64,000 nucleotides of DNA from an uncultured Acidobacteriota bacterium. Lineage in GTDB: Bacteria > Acidobacteriota > Terriglobia > Bryobacterales > Bryobacteraceae. A program made the translations under genes and the position numbers. The number at the start of each line of letters is the position of its first letter. The stretch's first letter is position 1. Below are positions 50,232 through 61,980 of this stretch, in pieces. The stretch lies in NCBI GenBank assembly GCA_963720745.1, contig CAVRGO010000004.1, positions 3,446,797 through 3,510,796 on the forward strand, read 5' to 3'. The notes beneath the pieces are model-generated. The model had not been told where the DNA came from. It was given only the letters and a program-made list of their open reading frames with translations, and did no database searches.

Positions 50232-51578
50232 GGCTCCTGTCCAATGCTCGGTCAAGCGGTACGTCGGTCAACTTAGCACTCTCCTTCTGAACCACTGGCG
50301 TTGAGCTTGCTCAAAAAACCTAGTCTCTTGCCGAGTTTCTCGACGCGAAAACTCAACATCTGAAAAGTTCAGATATTAACATCTGAATCGCATTGTTTTT
50401 GGTGAAAAACCGGCGTATTCTTCTGATCGCAGGAGGTACGCCTCGAATCCTGAGATGTCGAACACAGGGCGTTCGGCCACGGCTGTGCCTCAGGAGGCGA
50501 ACAACTCTTTCTCGCCCGGCGGTTCGATGCGTTTGATCCTCGGGTACGACGTGAACTAGGGCGCAGCGCCGGACTCCGCCGCCAAGCCGCCAAACCAGAG
50601 TGCCAATACAACTGGGACAACCGCGCGCGCAATTCTCGCCTCGAAGGTCGGAGCCCAACGGGATCACATTCTGGACCTCGCAGCGTTGGGAAGCGTTCGA
50701 CTTCCCGGTAAGCGCCACTAAGTGGGTTAGCCGCTGGTCGGTGGACAACTTCGGCGCCAGCCTGCTCGGTATCCTGCTCAGCGCTGTCCTGCTGAGCCTC
50801 GGCGCCCCTTCTGGTTGAACATGTTGAAAATCGACGAAGGACGACGATCAACGCAAAGACCGGCAGACACTGACTCCCGCACCGGCGCCCGTTCCAGCAG
50901 AACGGGTCGCGCCTGTTGCCGGAACTCAGGGCGGCGGTCCCACTGGACTTCACGGCGAAAGGGGATTCTTCGGAAACGTAGGCTGAAAGGAGCATACGGC
51001 CAGCCTGGAACCGGATGCATGCGGGCATCAATCCGAACCTGTCCACCATCGGCGTCGGACACAAAGGCGAGCCGGATGCCGTCTGGGCCTTCTTTACAAT
51101 ACGAAGCCACCGCCGAACTCGTGGCGGATATCGGGGGGCGGTGGATTCTTTTCTATCGATACTGGTTTGCACCCGTGCATCGAAAACGTGCCCGGGCTCG
51201 ACCTTCGACCGGAGTAAGCTTTTCCGGATGCCGGCGACCGCCCCGATAGTCCCTCCGGTTGGCTTCGTTCCGTCGTGGCGGGAGTTGATTGTGGGCTGGT
51301 GTAACGGACGTGCCCGACGCGGTAGCACCTTTGGCGGTTGCGCCGCGTTCGGGTTGACCGGCCCGTTAAGCAGCACGGCATGCAAGGACGGATGAGAGCC
51401 TCCGCTGTGGGGCTCTCATCCCCCGCGCCCGCGAGAATTGTTGAAATTTCTGACGCCCCACCGACCAAGAACTCGACATCCCGTCGATACCAGCGCCCCA
51501 AGGCATTCACAATAAACAACTTACGAACTCGTGTGACGGCCAGTTCCTATTTCAGACCCGGCTATCATAATATGGGAC

Positions 51579-52151
51579 TTGGCAGACGAGAAAAAACCCC
51601 CCGCCGCCGGGAAACCGGCGAAGCCTCCCGCGCCGCCCGCCGTGATGGAGTCTGTTCCCTGGGATGACGAACTCACCTCCGCAATTCGCCAGCGCTTCGG
51701 CGACCAGATCGTTGAGTGTGCATCGTATCGGGACCAGAAATTTATCGTGGCCGCCCCGGATGCAGTGGCGCCGCTCGTCGCATATCTAAAGGACGAAGCC
51801 GCATTCGACTACCTGGTGGACGTGACGGCGGTGCACTGGCCGAAGCGCGATCAGCAATTCGATCTCGTGTATATCCTGTACAGCTTCGCGCGTAACGAGC
51901 GCGTCCGCGTCAAGGCCAAGATTGCCGAAGGCTACAAACCCGCGTCGATGGTAGGGGTTCATTTGACCGCCAACTGGCTCGAGCGCGAAGTTTTCGACAT
52001 GTTCGGCATAGAATTCCGCGACCATCCGGACTTGCGGCGCATCCTGATGCCGGAGGATTGGACCGGCTATCCTTTGCGGAAGGACTACGGCATCACGCAG
52101 ATGGACAGTCGGTGGGTGAAAGAGAACCTCGGGATCGAAAGCGGGCAGTAA
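51579..52151 (+). CDS. nuoC: NADH-quinone oxidoreductase subunit C
   Basis: Complex I 30-kDa subunit motifs (…LTANWLEREVFDMFGIEFRDHPDLRRIL…). The start is uncertain; the alternatives are TTG at 51579 and ATG at 51645. Confidence 0.88.
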   Translation: MADEKKPPAAGKPAKPPAPPAVMESVPWDDELTSAIRQRFGDQIVECASYRDQKFIVAAPDAVAPLVAYLKDEAAFDYLVDVTAVHWPKRDQQFDLVYILYSFARNERVRVKAKIAEGYKPASMVGVHLTANWLEREVFDMFGIEFRDHPDLRRILMPEDWTGYPLRKDYGITQMDSRWVKENLGIESGQ

Positions 52152-52154
52152 GCA

Positions 52155-53267
52155 ATGACGACACAGACGTTCCTCGACGCGAATGAACTGGTCTTGAATA
52201 TGGGACCGCAGCACCCTTCAACGCACGGGGTGCTGCGGGTGATTCTGAAACTCGACGGCGAGAAGGTGAACGGCACCGATTGCGTCATCGGCTACTTACA
52301 TCGCGGTGTGGAGAAGATCGCCGAGAACCGCACATATCCGATGTTCGCGCCGTATGTGGACCGAATGGACTACATCGCGGCGGTTTCTAATGGTCTCGGC
52401 TACTGCCTGGCTGTGGAAAAGCTGATGGGGCTCGAAGCCCCTCCGCGAGCCGCGGCAGTGCGAGTGATCCTCACCGAGTTGAACCGTATTGCGAGCCATC
52501 TCATCTGGCTCGGCACGCACGCGCTCGACATCGGCGCCATCACGCCGCTTTTCTACACGATGCGCGAACGGGAAGAGGCGCTGAAGATCTTTGAAAACTA
52601 TTGTGGCGCCCGCCTCACTACTCACGCGTTCAGGATCGGCGGCCTGCAATATGAGACCTACGAAGGGTTCGAACGCGAAGTGAAGCAGTTTTGCGATATG
52701 TTCGATCCCCGCGTGGATGAATACGAGCAACTGCTGTCGGGCAATCGTATTTGGGTAGACCGTCTGACCGGGATCGGCATATTGAACGCCGCCGAGTGCA
52801 AAGAATACGGCGTCACCGGTCCGATGCTCCGCGCTGCCGGCGTGAAATGGGATATTCGGAAGGCGCTCCCCTACAGCGGCTACGAGAAATACGATTTCGA
52901 AATTCCGACTCGCGAGAACGGCGACACCTACGATCGATATCTCGTTCGCATGCAGGAGATGCGGCAGAGCGTTCGCATCATGCGGCAGGCCATCGAAGGA
53001 TTGCCGGAAGGTCCGATCATGGCGAAGGTTCCGAAGGTGATCAAGCCGCCGGTGGGCGAAGTGTACGTTTCCATCGAAGCGCCCAAAGGCGAACTTGGTT
53101 ATTACGTAGTGAGCGACGGAACGAACCAACCCTATCGCGTCCGCGTTCGACCGCCTTCGTTTGTGAATTTGCAATCGCTGGATAAGATGGCAAAAGGCTC
53201 CCTAATTGCAGATATAGTAGCGATCATCGGGACCATCGATATCGTGCTTGGAGAGGTGGATCGATAG
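52155..53267 (+). CDS. nuoD: NADH-quinone oxidoreductase subunit D
   Basis: Complex I 49-kDa subunit over its full length. It is separate from NuoC, not fused. Confidence 0.93.
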   Translation: MTTQTFLDANELVLNMGPQHPSTHGVLRVILKLDGEKVNGTDCVIGYLHRGVEKIAENRTYPMFAPYVDRMDYIAAVSNGLGYCLAVEKLMGLEAPPRAAAVRVILTELNRIASHLIWLGTHALDIGAITPLFYTMREREEALKIFENYCGARLTTHAFRIGGLQYETYEGFEREVKQFCDMFDPRVDEYEQLLSGNRIWVDRLTGIGILNAAECKEYGVTGPMLRAAGVKWDIRKALPYSGYEKYDFEIPTRENGDTYDRYLVRMQEMRQSVRIMRQAIEGLPEGPIMAKVPKVIKPPVGEVYVSIEAPKGELGYYVVSDGTNQPYRVRVRPPSFVNLQSLDKMAKGSLIADIVAIIGTIDIVLGEVDR

Positions 53268-53352
53268 GAGGAGAGGACTGGCTATCCGGCAGTATCCGGA
53301 AGTAGTTGATACTGCTGAGATGAGAACGGGAACTCTCTTAGGCTGGGTCAAT

Positions 53353-53808
53353 ATGCGCAAGCTGTTACGGACAATTTTTCTGGTAGACCTGTTCGAGGGA
53401 CTGTGGGTCACATTTCGCAGCCAGCACCCGAAGAACATATATACGGAGCAATATCCCGCAGAGCGGCCGAAGGTAGCAGAGCGCTACCGCGGCGCGCCGC
53501 GGTTGAATTCCAACCCGGAGACGGGCGAGACGCTCTGCATCTGCTGCGATTTGTGCGCACTGGCGTGTCCGGAACAGTTGATCGTGGTATCGAGTGAACG
53601 CAACCCCGAGACCCGGCGCAAGGAACTGACAGAGTTTACGTATGATGTTTCTCGCTGCATGTTCTGCGGTTTGTGCGAGGATGCGTGTCCGGTGGACGCG
53701 CTGGAGTTGACGCAGGATTTCGAGTTGGCGCAGTACTCGCGTGAGGGCCTGATTTGGGACCGGCAGATGCTCGAGGAAGGGCCGAAGCCGACGACCTACC
53801 GGCATTAA
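53353..53808 (+). CDS. nuoI: NADH-quinone oxidoreductase subunit I
   Basis: Two 4Fe-4S motifs (CICCDLCALACP and CMFCGLCEDACP). The start MRKLLRT leaves about 32 aa before the YPAE motif, as in other NuoI proteins. Confidence 0.88.
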   Translation: MRKLLRTIFLVDLFEGLWVTFRSQHPKNIYTEQYPAERPKVAERYRGAPRLNSNPETGETLCICCDLCALACPEQLIVVSSERNPETRRKELTEFTYDVSRCMFCGLCEDACPVDALELTQDFELAQYSREGLIWDRQMLEEGPKPTTYRH

Positions 53809-53856
53809 TTGAGGACCGGCGCGCGGGATTTCAAAAGGCAGTAATGGCCATTTACG

Positions 53857-54363
<507 letters not shown>

Positions 54364-54365
54364 AG

Positions 54366-54671
54366 ATGGAGATCTCCACGGTACATTACCTGGTAGTCAG
54401 TACGGCGCTGCTGCTGATCGGCACGCTCGGGGTGCTTACCCGGCGCAACATCGTTGTCATTCTGATGTCGATCGAACTGATTCTCAACGCCGTCAACATC
54501 AATCTCATCGCTTTTTCCCGGCACTACGGCAACGTCAACGGACAGATCTTCGCAATTTTTGTAATTACAGTCGCCGTCGCCGAAGCGGCTGTCGGGTTGG
54601 GCATTCTCATTGCGTTGTTTCGGAACAAGGGAACTGTCCTCGCGGACGAGATTGAGTTGCTGAAGTGGTGA
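54366..54671 (+). CDS. nuoK: NADH-quinone oxidoreductase subunit K
   Basis: A 101-aa three-TM protein with the conserved glutamates. The start MEISTVHY lies 3 nt after the nuoJ stop. Confidence 0.88.
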   Translation: MEISTVHYLVVSTALLLIGTLGVLTRRNIVVILMSIELILNAVNINLIAFSRHYGNVNGQIFAIFVITVAVAEAAVGLGILIALFRNKGTVLADEIELLKW

Positions 54672-54678
54672 CACGCCG

Positions 54679-56640
54679 ATGAACTTCCTCGAAGCAATCT
54701 GGCTCATTCCGCTGTTCCCGTTGATTGGTGCCGCGCTGATGCTCCTCTTCGGCAGGAAATTGCCGAAATCGGTTGTCCGCGTTCTTTGTCCCGGCACGGT
54801 ATTTGTATCGCTGGTTTTCTCGATTGGAGCGGTGGCCCAACTCGCGGGTTCGCCGAACAAGGTTCACGAACTAGTCCAGTATCTTTGGATGCCGGCACTG
54901 CACGCCGACTGGGGATTCCTGCTCGACCCGCTCAGTTCCGTGATGATTCTGGTCGTCACCGGAATCGGGTTCCTGATCCATGTGTATGCGGTCGGGTACA
55001 TGGAACACGAAGGCGGGTTTTATCGCTTTTTCGGATATCTGAATCTCTTCGTATTCTTCATGCTGATTCTCGTGCTGGCGAACAACTACCTGCTGTTGTT
55101 CGTCGGGTGGGAAGGCGTGGGGCTGTGCAGCTACCTTCTGATCGGTTTCTATTTCGAAAGAAAGAGCGCGAGCGACGCCGGCATGAAGGCGTTCATCGTG
55201 AACCGCATCGGAGACGCAGCGTTCATCATAGGAATGCTGCTGATGTTCGGAATCGCCGGATCGCTCCGGTTCACTCAGGTTCACGAGTTCTTCGAAGCGC
55301 ATCACTTCACCGCCGAGACGGCTGCCTGGGGAATCCTGAGCACCACGGCCCTGATGTTCTTCATCGGCGCTACGGGCAAATCGGCGCAATTCCCGCTGTA
55401 CGTCTGGCTTCCCGATGCGATGGAGGGGCCAACCCCGGTTTCCGCGCTGATCCACGCCGCGACCATGGTGACTGCGGGCGTATACATGGTGTGCCGTTCG
55501 CACTGGCTGTTCGAACTCACGCCGATGACATCGCAGATTGTCGCCGTGGTCGGCGCGTTCACTGCGATCTTTGCGGCATCCATCGGCCTGGTGCAAAACG
55601 ATATCAAGCGCGTCCTGGCGTATTCCACCGTCAGCCAGCTCGGGTACATGTTCCTGGCGGCTGGCGTCGGTGCGTACTGGGTGGCGATCTTCCACCTCTT
55701 CACGCACGCGTTCTTTAAGGCACTTCTCTTCCTCGGCGCCGGCAGCGTTATCCACGGCATGGGTGGCGAGCAGGACATGCGCAATATGGGCGGCCTCCGG
55801 AAATACATGCCGGTGACGCATGCCACCATGTTCGTCGCCACTCTTGCGATTTCGGGTATTCCGGGCCTGGCCGGATTCTTTTCGAAAGATCAGATACTGG
55901 CGCAGGTATATGGATCGGCCCTCGGTTCGAGGCCGTTATACGTTGTCGGACTCGTGACTGCGCTCATGACGAGTTTCTACATGTGGCGCCTGATGTACAT
56001 GACGTTTTACGGCAAGGCGCGCTCACACGTTCACGCGCATGAATCGCCGCGCGTGATGACGTGGCCGCTGATCGTTCTCGCGGCGGGCAGCGCGTTGGGC
56101 GGCTGGCTGGCGGTCCCCAAGGAGTGGTCGTTTTTGCCGTCCGGATTCCATGCGTTCGATAGCTGGCTGATGAATGCGTTCGGCGCGGAAATCGGCGGGC
56201 ACGAGATCCCGGAACTGTTCCTGACATCGTTATCGGTGGCGGCGGCGCTGCTCGGCATCTACATTGCGAGCAGGCTGTATCTGAAGGTTTGGGAAGGCCC
56301 GCTCTACCGGGCGCTACTGAACAAGTGGTACGTCGATGAGATCTACAATTTCCTGTTCGTGGACGGACTTGCGAAAGGTGGCGGAAGCACGTTGGCTGCC
56401 TTCGACCGGGGAGTTGTTGACGGCGGTGTCAATGGCGTCGGTTGGATTGGCCGGTTTACGTCGTCTGTTTCGATCTGGTGGGATACGTGGATCGTCGACG
56501 GCCTGGTGCGGCTGACAGGATTTGTGGTGAAGCTGGCCGGGTATCCGGTCCGGCTGTTCCAAACAGGTTATGTGCAATCGTACGCGCTGGTGTTCGTGGC
56601 CGGCGTGCTGGCGATGCTTGGATATTACGTGATGAGGTAA
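54679..56640 (+). CDS. nuoL: NADH-quinone oxidoreductase subunit L
   Basis: 653-aa antiporter-like subunit with the long C-terminal helix region. Confidence 0.92.
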   Translation: MNFLEAIWLIPLFPLIGAALMLLFGRKLPKSVVRVLCPGTVFVSLVFSIGAVAQLAGSPNKVHELVQYLWMPALHADWGFLLDPLSSVMILVVTGIGFLIHVYAVGYMEHEGGFYRFFGYLNLFVFFMLILVLANNYLLLFVGWEGVGLCSYLLIGFYFERKSASDAGMKAFIVNRIGDAAFIIGMLLMFGIAGSLRFTQVHEFFEAHHFTAETAAWGILSTTALMFFIGATGKSAQFPLYVWLPDAMEGPTPVSALIHAATMVTAGVYMVCRSHWLFELTPMTSQIVAVVGAFTAIFAASIGLVQNDIKRVLAYSTVSQLGYMFLAAGVGAYWVAIFHLFTHAFFKALLFLGAGSVIHGMGGEQDMRNMGGLRKYMPVTHATMFVATLAISGIPGLAGFFSKDQILAQVYGSALGSRPLYVVGLVTALMTSFYMWRLMYMTFYGKARSHVHAHESPRVMTWPLIVLAAGSALGGWLAVPKEWSFLPSGFHAFDSWLMNAFGAEIGGHEIPELFLTSLSVAAALLGIYIASRLYLKVWEGPLYRALLNKWYVDEIYNFLFVDGLAKGGGSTLAAFDRGVVDGGVNGVGWIGRFTSSVSIWWDTWIVDGLVRLTGFVVKLAGYPVRLFQTGYVQSYALVFVAGVLAMLGYYVMR

Positions 56641-56685
56641 CAGTCGTGACGCGTTCATTCGCGTCGATTCGCGGCTAAACAAACT

Positions 56686-58257
56686 ATGTCGGGTCATCTA
56701 CTAAGCTGGGTCTTATTCACGCCCCTCATCGGGATGCTGCTTTTGCTGTTGATCCCCGGGCGCAACAAGAACCTGATCCGGATTTGGGCCAACGCGGTTG
56801 GCTTTATCGGGTTCCTGATTTCGATTCCGCTGGTTACCGGTTGGGACAAGACCCAGGCCGGCTTCCAATTTGCCGAGCGCGCGGACTGGATCCCCTCTAT
56901 CGGCGCCACGTATTCGATCGGTGTCGACGGAATCAGCATGCTGCTCGTGATGCTGACCACCGTCATCGGATTCCTGTCCATCCTCTGTTCGTGGAGCGCC
57001 ATTCAGGATCGCCTCAAGGAATACTACGCGATGTTCCTGTTGCTGCAGGTGGGAATGATCGGCGTGTTCGTGTCGCTCGACTTCTTCCTGTTTTATGTCT
57101 TCTGGGAAGTCGTGCTGATTCCGATGTACTTCATCATCGGCATCTGGGGCGGCGAGCGGAAGCTCTACGCGGCCATCAAGTTCTTTTTATATACGGCAGC
57201 CGGCAGCGTACTGATGCTGCTCGGCATCCTGGTGCTGTACTTCCAATACCATCAGCAGTTCGGTTACTATACCTTCGAAATTTCTAAGCTCATGAACCTG
57301 GTGCTGCCGCTCGGCATGCAGCGATGGGTGTTCTGGGCGCTATTCCTCGGGTTCGCCGTCAAGGTACCGATGTTCCCGTTCCACACCTGGCTTCCCGATG
57401 CCCACACTGAGGCACCAACCGCCGGTTCCGTGATCCTGGCCGGCGTCTTGCTGAAGATGGGGACTTACGGATTCATCCGCTTCTCGCTCCCACTGCTACC
57501 AAAGGCCGCGATCGACCCAATCATCGTGCAGACGCTCGCAGTGCTGTCGATCATCGGCATCATTTACGGCGCGCTGGTCAGCCTGATGCAGAAGGATTGG
57601 AAGAAACTGGTCGCCTATTCTTCGGTAAGCCACCTCGGTTTCTGCACGCTCGGCATATTCGCGATGACGCCGAACGGGTTGTCGGGCAGCGTGATCCAGC
57701 AAATCAATCACGGCATTTCGACGGGCATGCTCTTCTTGATCGTCGGCGTCATCTACGAACGGCGGCACACACGCGAGATTTCGGAATTCGGCGGCTTGGC
57801 CCACGTGATGCCGAATTACGCCGTGGTGTTCGCGATCGCGATGCTGAGTTCGGCCGGGTTGCCGATGCTCAACGGGTTTATCGGAGAGTTCACGATCCTG
57901 GCCGGCACCTTCGAGGTCAACAAGGTTTGGGCCGCATTGGCGGCCACGGGAGTGATCCTCGCCGCAGCGTATCTTCTGTGGTTATACCAGCGCACGATGC
58001 TAGGGAAGATCACCAATCCGAAGAACGAGAACCTGAAGGATCTGAACCTTCGCGAGTGGGCTATTTTTGCCCCGCTCATCGTGGCCTGCTTCTGGATTGG
58101 CCTCTACCCGAAACCGCTGTTCGAGATCCTCGACAAGCCGGTGGCGCAGATCGTACAGCGCGTCCGGCCTGAGTACTATCAGCAAAAGGAGGCTCCGGCG
58201 ATCCCGGCCGCTGCGGCTGTGGCGGCACCGGCGCCCGTTCAGGCGGCAATCCGATGA
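56686..58257 (+). CDS. nuoM: NADH-quinone oxidoreductase subunit M
   Basis: 523-aa antiporter-like subunit. Confidence 0.92.
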   Translation: MSGHLLSWVLFTPLIGMLLLLLIPGRNKNLIRIWANAVGFIGFLISIPLVTGWDKTQAGFQFAERADWIPSIGATYSIGVDGISMLLVMLTTVIGFLSILCSWSAIQDRLKEYYAMFLLLQVGMIGVFVSLDFFLFYVFWEVVLIPMYFIIGIWGGERKLYAAIKFFLYTAAGSVLMLLGILVLYFQYHQQFGYYTFEISKLMNLVLPLGMQRWVFWALFLGFAVKVPMFPFHTWLPDAHTEAPTAGSVILAGVLLKMGTYGFIRFSLPLLPKAAIDPIIVQTLAVLSIIGIIYGALVSLMQKDWKKLVAYSSVSHLGFCTLGIFAMTPNGLSGSVIQQINHGISTGMLFLIVGVIYERRHTREISEFGGLAHVMPNYAVVFAIAMLSSAGLPMLNGFIGEFTILAGTFEVNKVWAALAATGVILAAAYLLWLYQRTMLGKITNPKNENLKDLNLREWAIFAPLIVACFWIGLYPKPLFEILDKPVAQIVQRVRPEYYQQKEAPAIPAAAAVAAPAPVQAAIR

Positions 58258-59717
58258 GCGAGTATTACACCAGTACCGACCATTTCGTTCTTCTGCCGGC
58301 GATCATGCTGGCGCTGTTCGGATGCGCCGTGCTCCTGTTCGAGTTCTTGCTCGGTCAGACCGACAAACAACGACGGTGGCTGCTGGCGCTCGCTCTGGCC
58401 GGCCTCGCGTTCACCGGCCGCGCGTTGTGGATGCAGCAAAGCGCGGTTGCGACCGGAATGCAGTTCTCCGCGTTTAAGGGCACGCTGGTACTCGACAACT
58501 TCTCGCTGTTGTTCAACTGGATTTTCCTGATCTGTTCGGCCATCGTGATTCTGATCTCGTATCGCTATCTCGAGATCGAAGGCGAACATCACGCCGAGTA
58601 CTACGGACTCGTCCTTCTGGCGCAGTGCGGGATGTTCTTTCTCGCCACCGGCAACGACCTGGTCACGCTCTTCATCGGGCTCGAGTTGATGGCGCTTTGC
58701 TTTTACATCATGGTCGGGTTTCTGCGAAGCGAGAAGCGATCGAATGAAGCCGCTCTGAAGTATCTGCTGCTGGGCGGATTCTCGAGCGGGTTTCTGGCTT
58801 TCGGCTTCTCCATGATGTACGGACTCTCGGGTTCGACAAACCTTCGCGAGATCGCGACCGCCATCGCCAACCGGGGCATCGGCGATCCTTTGACTTTCGT
58901 TGCGCTCGCCACGACCAGCGTGGGATTGTTCTTCAAAATCTCCGCGGCTCCGTTCCACATGTGGGCGCCCGATGCCTATGAAGGCGCCCCGACCTCGGTG
59001 ACCGCGTATCTCTCGGTGGGATCGAAGGCGGCGTCGTTCGCGATTCTGCTGCGCATCTTCCTGGTGCCGCTCGAGTCCATGCGCCAGGCGTGGCAGCCGA
59101 TGTTGATCGCTGTCGCGATCCTGTCGTTGACCATCGGAAATCTGGCAGCAATCAGCCAGACCAACGTAAAGCGCCTGCTGGCCTACAGCTCGATCTCGCA
59201 CGCGGGCTACATGCTGCTCGGCCTTGTTGCCGGTAATGAAACCGGGCTGAAGGGCATTGCGGTTTACCTGCTGGTTTACACGTTCATGAATCTCGGCGCG
59301 CTGTTGGTGATCGTCGCCATGCGCCGCGCCGATATACTCGGCGAAGATGTGGACGATCTGGCAGGGCTGGTGCACAGGCACCCGGTGTACGCGATATTCA
59401 TGCTGGTATTCCTGCTGTCGCTGGCAGGCATTCCGCCCACCGCGGGCTTCCTCGGAAAGTACTACATTTTCCTGTCGTTGATCGAAACCGGGCACTACGT
59501 GCTGGCGGTGGTCGCTACGCTGTACGTCGCCGTGGCGATTTATTACTATTTCCGGATCGTGCGAAGCATGTTCGCTCGCGAAGAGGCGATCGAAGAGCCG
59601 CTTTCCTCCAGCCTCGGGCTACGCGTCGCGCTGGGCGTCACCGGTGCTTTGACGCTGCTAATCGGAGTCTTCCCCGAACCGCTGCTCCGGTACGCGGGCG
59701 AATCCTTGATGAAGTAA
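58254..59717 (+). CDS. nuoN: NADH-quinone oxidoreductase subunit N
   Basis: 487-aa antiporter-like subunit. It overlaps the nuoM stop by 4 nt. Confidence 0.92.
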   Translation: MSEYYTSTDHFVLLPAIMLALFGCAVLLFEFLLGQTDKQRRWLLALALAGLAFTGRALWMQQSAVATGMQFSAFKGTLVLDNFSLLFNWIFLICSAIVILISYRYLEIEGEHHAEYYGLVLLAQCGMFFLATGNDLVTLFIGLELMALCFYIMVGFLRSEKRSNEAALKYLLLGGFSSGFLAFGFSMMYGLSGSTNLREIATAIANRGIGDPLTFVALATTSVGLFFKISAAPFHMWAPDAYEGAPTSVTAYLSVGSKAASFAILLRIFLVPLESMRQAWQPMLIAVAILSLTIGNLAAISQTNVKRLLAYSSISHAGYMLLGLVAGNETGLKGIAVYLLVYTFMNLGALLVIVAMRRADILGEDVDDLAGLVHRHPVYAIFMLVFLLSLAGIPPTAGFLGKYYIFLSLIETGHYVLAVVATLYVAVAIYYYFRIVRSMFAREEAIEEPLSSSLGLRVALGVTGALTLLIGVFPEPLLRYAGESLMK

Positions 59718-59720
59718 GCC

Positions 59721-60899
59721 ATGGAAACCATCCTGTCCAATCCATTGTTCCTGCCGCTGGTGATGACGGTCGTCATCATTCTCGGCTTTCCGCTGCTGTC
59801 GCTCTACATTGTTTTGACGGAACGGAAGGTCCTGGCCGACCTGCAGGTGCGGCTCGGACCGATGCGCGTTGGACCGCACGGTTTGCTTCAGCCGCTCGCC
59901 GACGCACTGAAATTATTCATCAAGGAAGATATCATTCCGGCCGATGCGGACCGGTTGCTGTTCTGGTTCGCGCCGTGCATCTCTACCTTTACGGCGCTGA
60001 CCGCTTTTGCGGTGCTTCCGTTCAGCTCGGTCCTGAGAGTGGCGGATGTGAACGTCGGCATCCTGATCATATCCGCAATGTCCGCTGTCGGGATCCTTGG
60101 GATTATTTTGGGCGGCTGGTCGTCGAACAGCCACTATTCTCTGCTGGGCGCACTCCGGAGCGCCGCACAGTTGGTCAGCTATGAAGTCGCGCTTGCGCTG
60201 GCAATCCTTTCCGGAGTGATGGCCGCGGGTTCGCTCAGCATGGTGCAGATCGTGAAGAACCAGCAGGCCGGGCATATCTGGCTGGTATTCGACAACTACG
60301 GTTTCATGATCGTGCCGTTCATCTGCTACTTGATCGCAGGCGTGGCCGAAACCAACCGCGTGCCGTTCGATCTACCGGAGGCCGAATCGGAGTTGGTGGC
60401 AGGCTATCACACCGAGTACAGCGGATTGCGTTGGGCCTTGTACATGATGGCCGAATACGCCGCGATCTTCGTGTTGTGCGGCGTTATGGTTACGGTCTTC
60501 TGGGGCGGTTGGCTGCGGCCTTTCCCGAATGTCGCGTGGCTCGAAGTCCCGATGAACTACGGTGTCCCGGTGCTGGTGTTTATGGGATCCGGGATCGCTT
60601 CGATTCCCCTGGCTCGACGGCTACGCGTGCCCGCCCAGCGGATTCTGCTGATGCTGATTGCATTTGCGCTGATCGGCGTCGGTGCGCTCTTCCTGTTTCC
60701 GCCGATTAACGCCGCTGTCATCAGCCTGTTCTGGTTCATGTTCAAGGTCGGCTTGGTCGTCTATCTCCTGATCTGGGTGCGCGGCACGTTTCCGCGATTC
60801 CGGTACGACCAACTGATGAACATCGGCTGGAAGGTGATGATTCCCATCGCGCTGGCTGCGATTCTGATTAACGCCCTCATCGGCGTCGCGAAATCGTAG
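59721..60899 (+). CDS. nuoH: NADH-quinone oxidoreductase subunit H, in an unusual position after nuoN
   Basis: NuoH/ND1 motifs (ERKVLADLQVRLGP…, …YEVALAL…). An insertion of roughly 60 aa near the C-terminus makes it 392 aa. Confidence 0.88.
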   Translation: METILSNPLFLPLVMTVVIILGFPLLSLYIVLTERKVLADLQVRLGPMRVGPHGLLQPLADALKLFIKEDIIPADADRLLFWFAPCISTFTALTAFAVLPFSSVLRVADVNVGILIISAMSAVGILGIILGGWSSNSHYSLLGALRSAAQLVSYEVALALAILSGVMAAGSLSMVQIVKNQQAGHIWLVFDNYGFMIVPFICYLIAGVAETNRVPFDLPEAESELVAGYHTEYSGLRWALYMMAEYAAIFVLCGVMVTVFWGGWLRPFPNVAWLEVPMNYGVPVLVFMGSGIASIPLARRLRVPAQRILLMLIAFALIGVGALFLFPPINAAVISLFWFMFKVGLVVYLLIWVRGTFPRFRYDQLMNIGWKVMIPIALAAILINALIGVAKS

Positions 60900-60939
60900 A
60901 AAGACAGACCCGGTTCGACTCGGATAAAATCGGAGATCC

Positions 60940-61974
60940 ATGTCCAGTTTGATTGTCAGTTTCGGAGAGATCATGCTCCGGCTTGCACCGCCGGGCTTTG
61001 AACGTTTTCTGCAGTCGCCGCAGTTCGTCGCGACATTCGGTGGAGGCGAGGCCAACGTTGCCGTCGCGGTAGCGGGATTCGGGCTTCCGGCCCGATACAT
61101 CACGGTGCTGCCGCCCAATAATCCGATTGCAGATGCCTTCATCGCCGAGATGCGCAGGTTCGACGTCGACCCGACCTCCATCGTTCGCCAGAAGGGCCGG
61201 TTCGGGATTTACTTTGTCGAGCCCGGGGCGAACCAGCGCCCGTCGAAAGTGGTGTACGATCGCGATCACTCCGCCATCGCTCTCGCCAAGCCGGGCGATA
61301 TCAACTGGGACTCCGTTCTCGAGAACGGAACCTGGTTCCACATCACCGGAATCACGCCCGCGCTGAGTGCATCCGCGGCCGACCTGGCGCTCGAGAGCGT
61401 TCAAAAGGCCCGAGCCAAGGGCCTGACGGTTTCCTGTGACCTGAACTTCCGAAAGAATCTGTGGAAATACGGTAAATCGTCCAAAGAGGTGATGTCGGAA
61501 CTGTTCAAGTTCGTCGACGTTGGCATCGCCAATGAAGAGGATTGCCAGATGGCGCTTGGCATTCAGGTGGATGTCGACGTTCACTCCGGCAAGCTGGAAC
61601 GCGATCAATACCGCAAGCTCGCCGAAACCGTTCTGGACAAATATCCGAATCTCAAAATAATGGCGATCACGCTGCGCGAGTCCAAGAGCGCGTCGCACAA
61701 CGGATGGTCGGCCTGCCTACACAACCGCAGCGATTTCCTCCTGAGCCGGCGTTACGAGATCACGCACATCGTGGACCGGGTGGGCGGGGGCGACTGTTTC
61801 GCCGGGGGATTGATCTTCGGGCTGAACACGTTCGAGTCCCACCAGGATGCTCTCGAGTTTGCGGTGGCCGCATCCTGCCTCAAGCACTCCATTCCCGGAG
61901 ATTTCAATCGCTTCACGCGCGATGAAGTCCAGGCATTGATGAAGGGCGGCGGGTCGGGCCGCGTGCAGCGTTAG
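60940..61974 (+). CDS. kdgK: PfkB-family sugar kinase, 2-dehydro-3-deoxygluconokinase-like
   Basis: PfkB signatures ([32 protein letters not shown]). Confidence 0.82.
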   Translation: MSSLIVSFGEIMLRLAPPGFERFLQSPQFVATFGGGEANVAVAVAGFGLPARYITVLPPNNPIADAFIAEMRRFDVDPTSIVRQKGRFGIYFVEPGANQRPSKVVYDRDHSAIALAKPGDINWDSVLENGTWFHITGITPALSASAADLALESVQKARAKGLTVSCDLNFRKNLWKYGKSSKEVMSELFKFVDVGIANEEDCQMALGIQVDVDVHSGKLERDQYRKLAETVLDKYPNLKIMAITLRESKSASHNGWSACLHNRSDFLLSRRYEITHIVDRVGGGDCFAGGLIFGLNTFESHQDALEFAVAASCLKHSIPGDFNRFTRDEVQALMKGGGSGRVQR

Positions 61975-61980
61975 GATCCG

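Noticed and set aside
50369-51385. A 338-aa minus-strand ORF in the region between the terminator and nuoC.
   Set aside because: It is strongly biased to Arg, Pro and Ser, has no recognisable motif, and has no RBS. I read it as GC-bias read-through and not a gene; the region is reported as a finding instead.
53248-53352. A TTG-initiated 5' extension of nuoI that overlaps nuoD.
   Set aside because: The extension has no counterpart in NuoI proteins. The internal ATG at 53353 gives the conserved spacing of about 30 aa before the YPxE motif.
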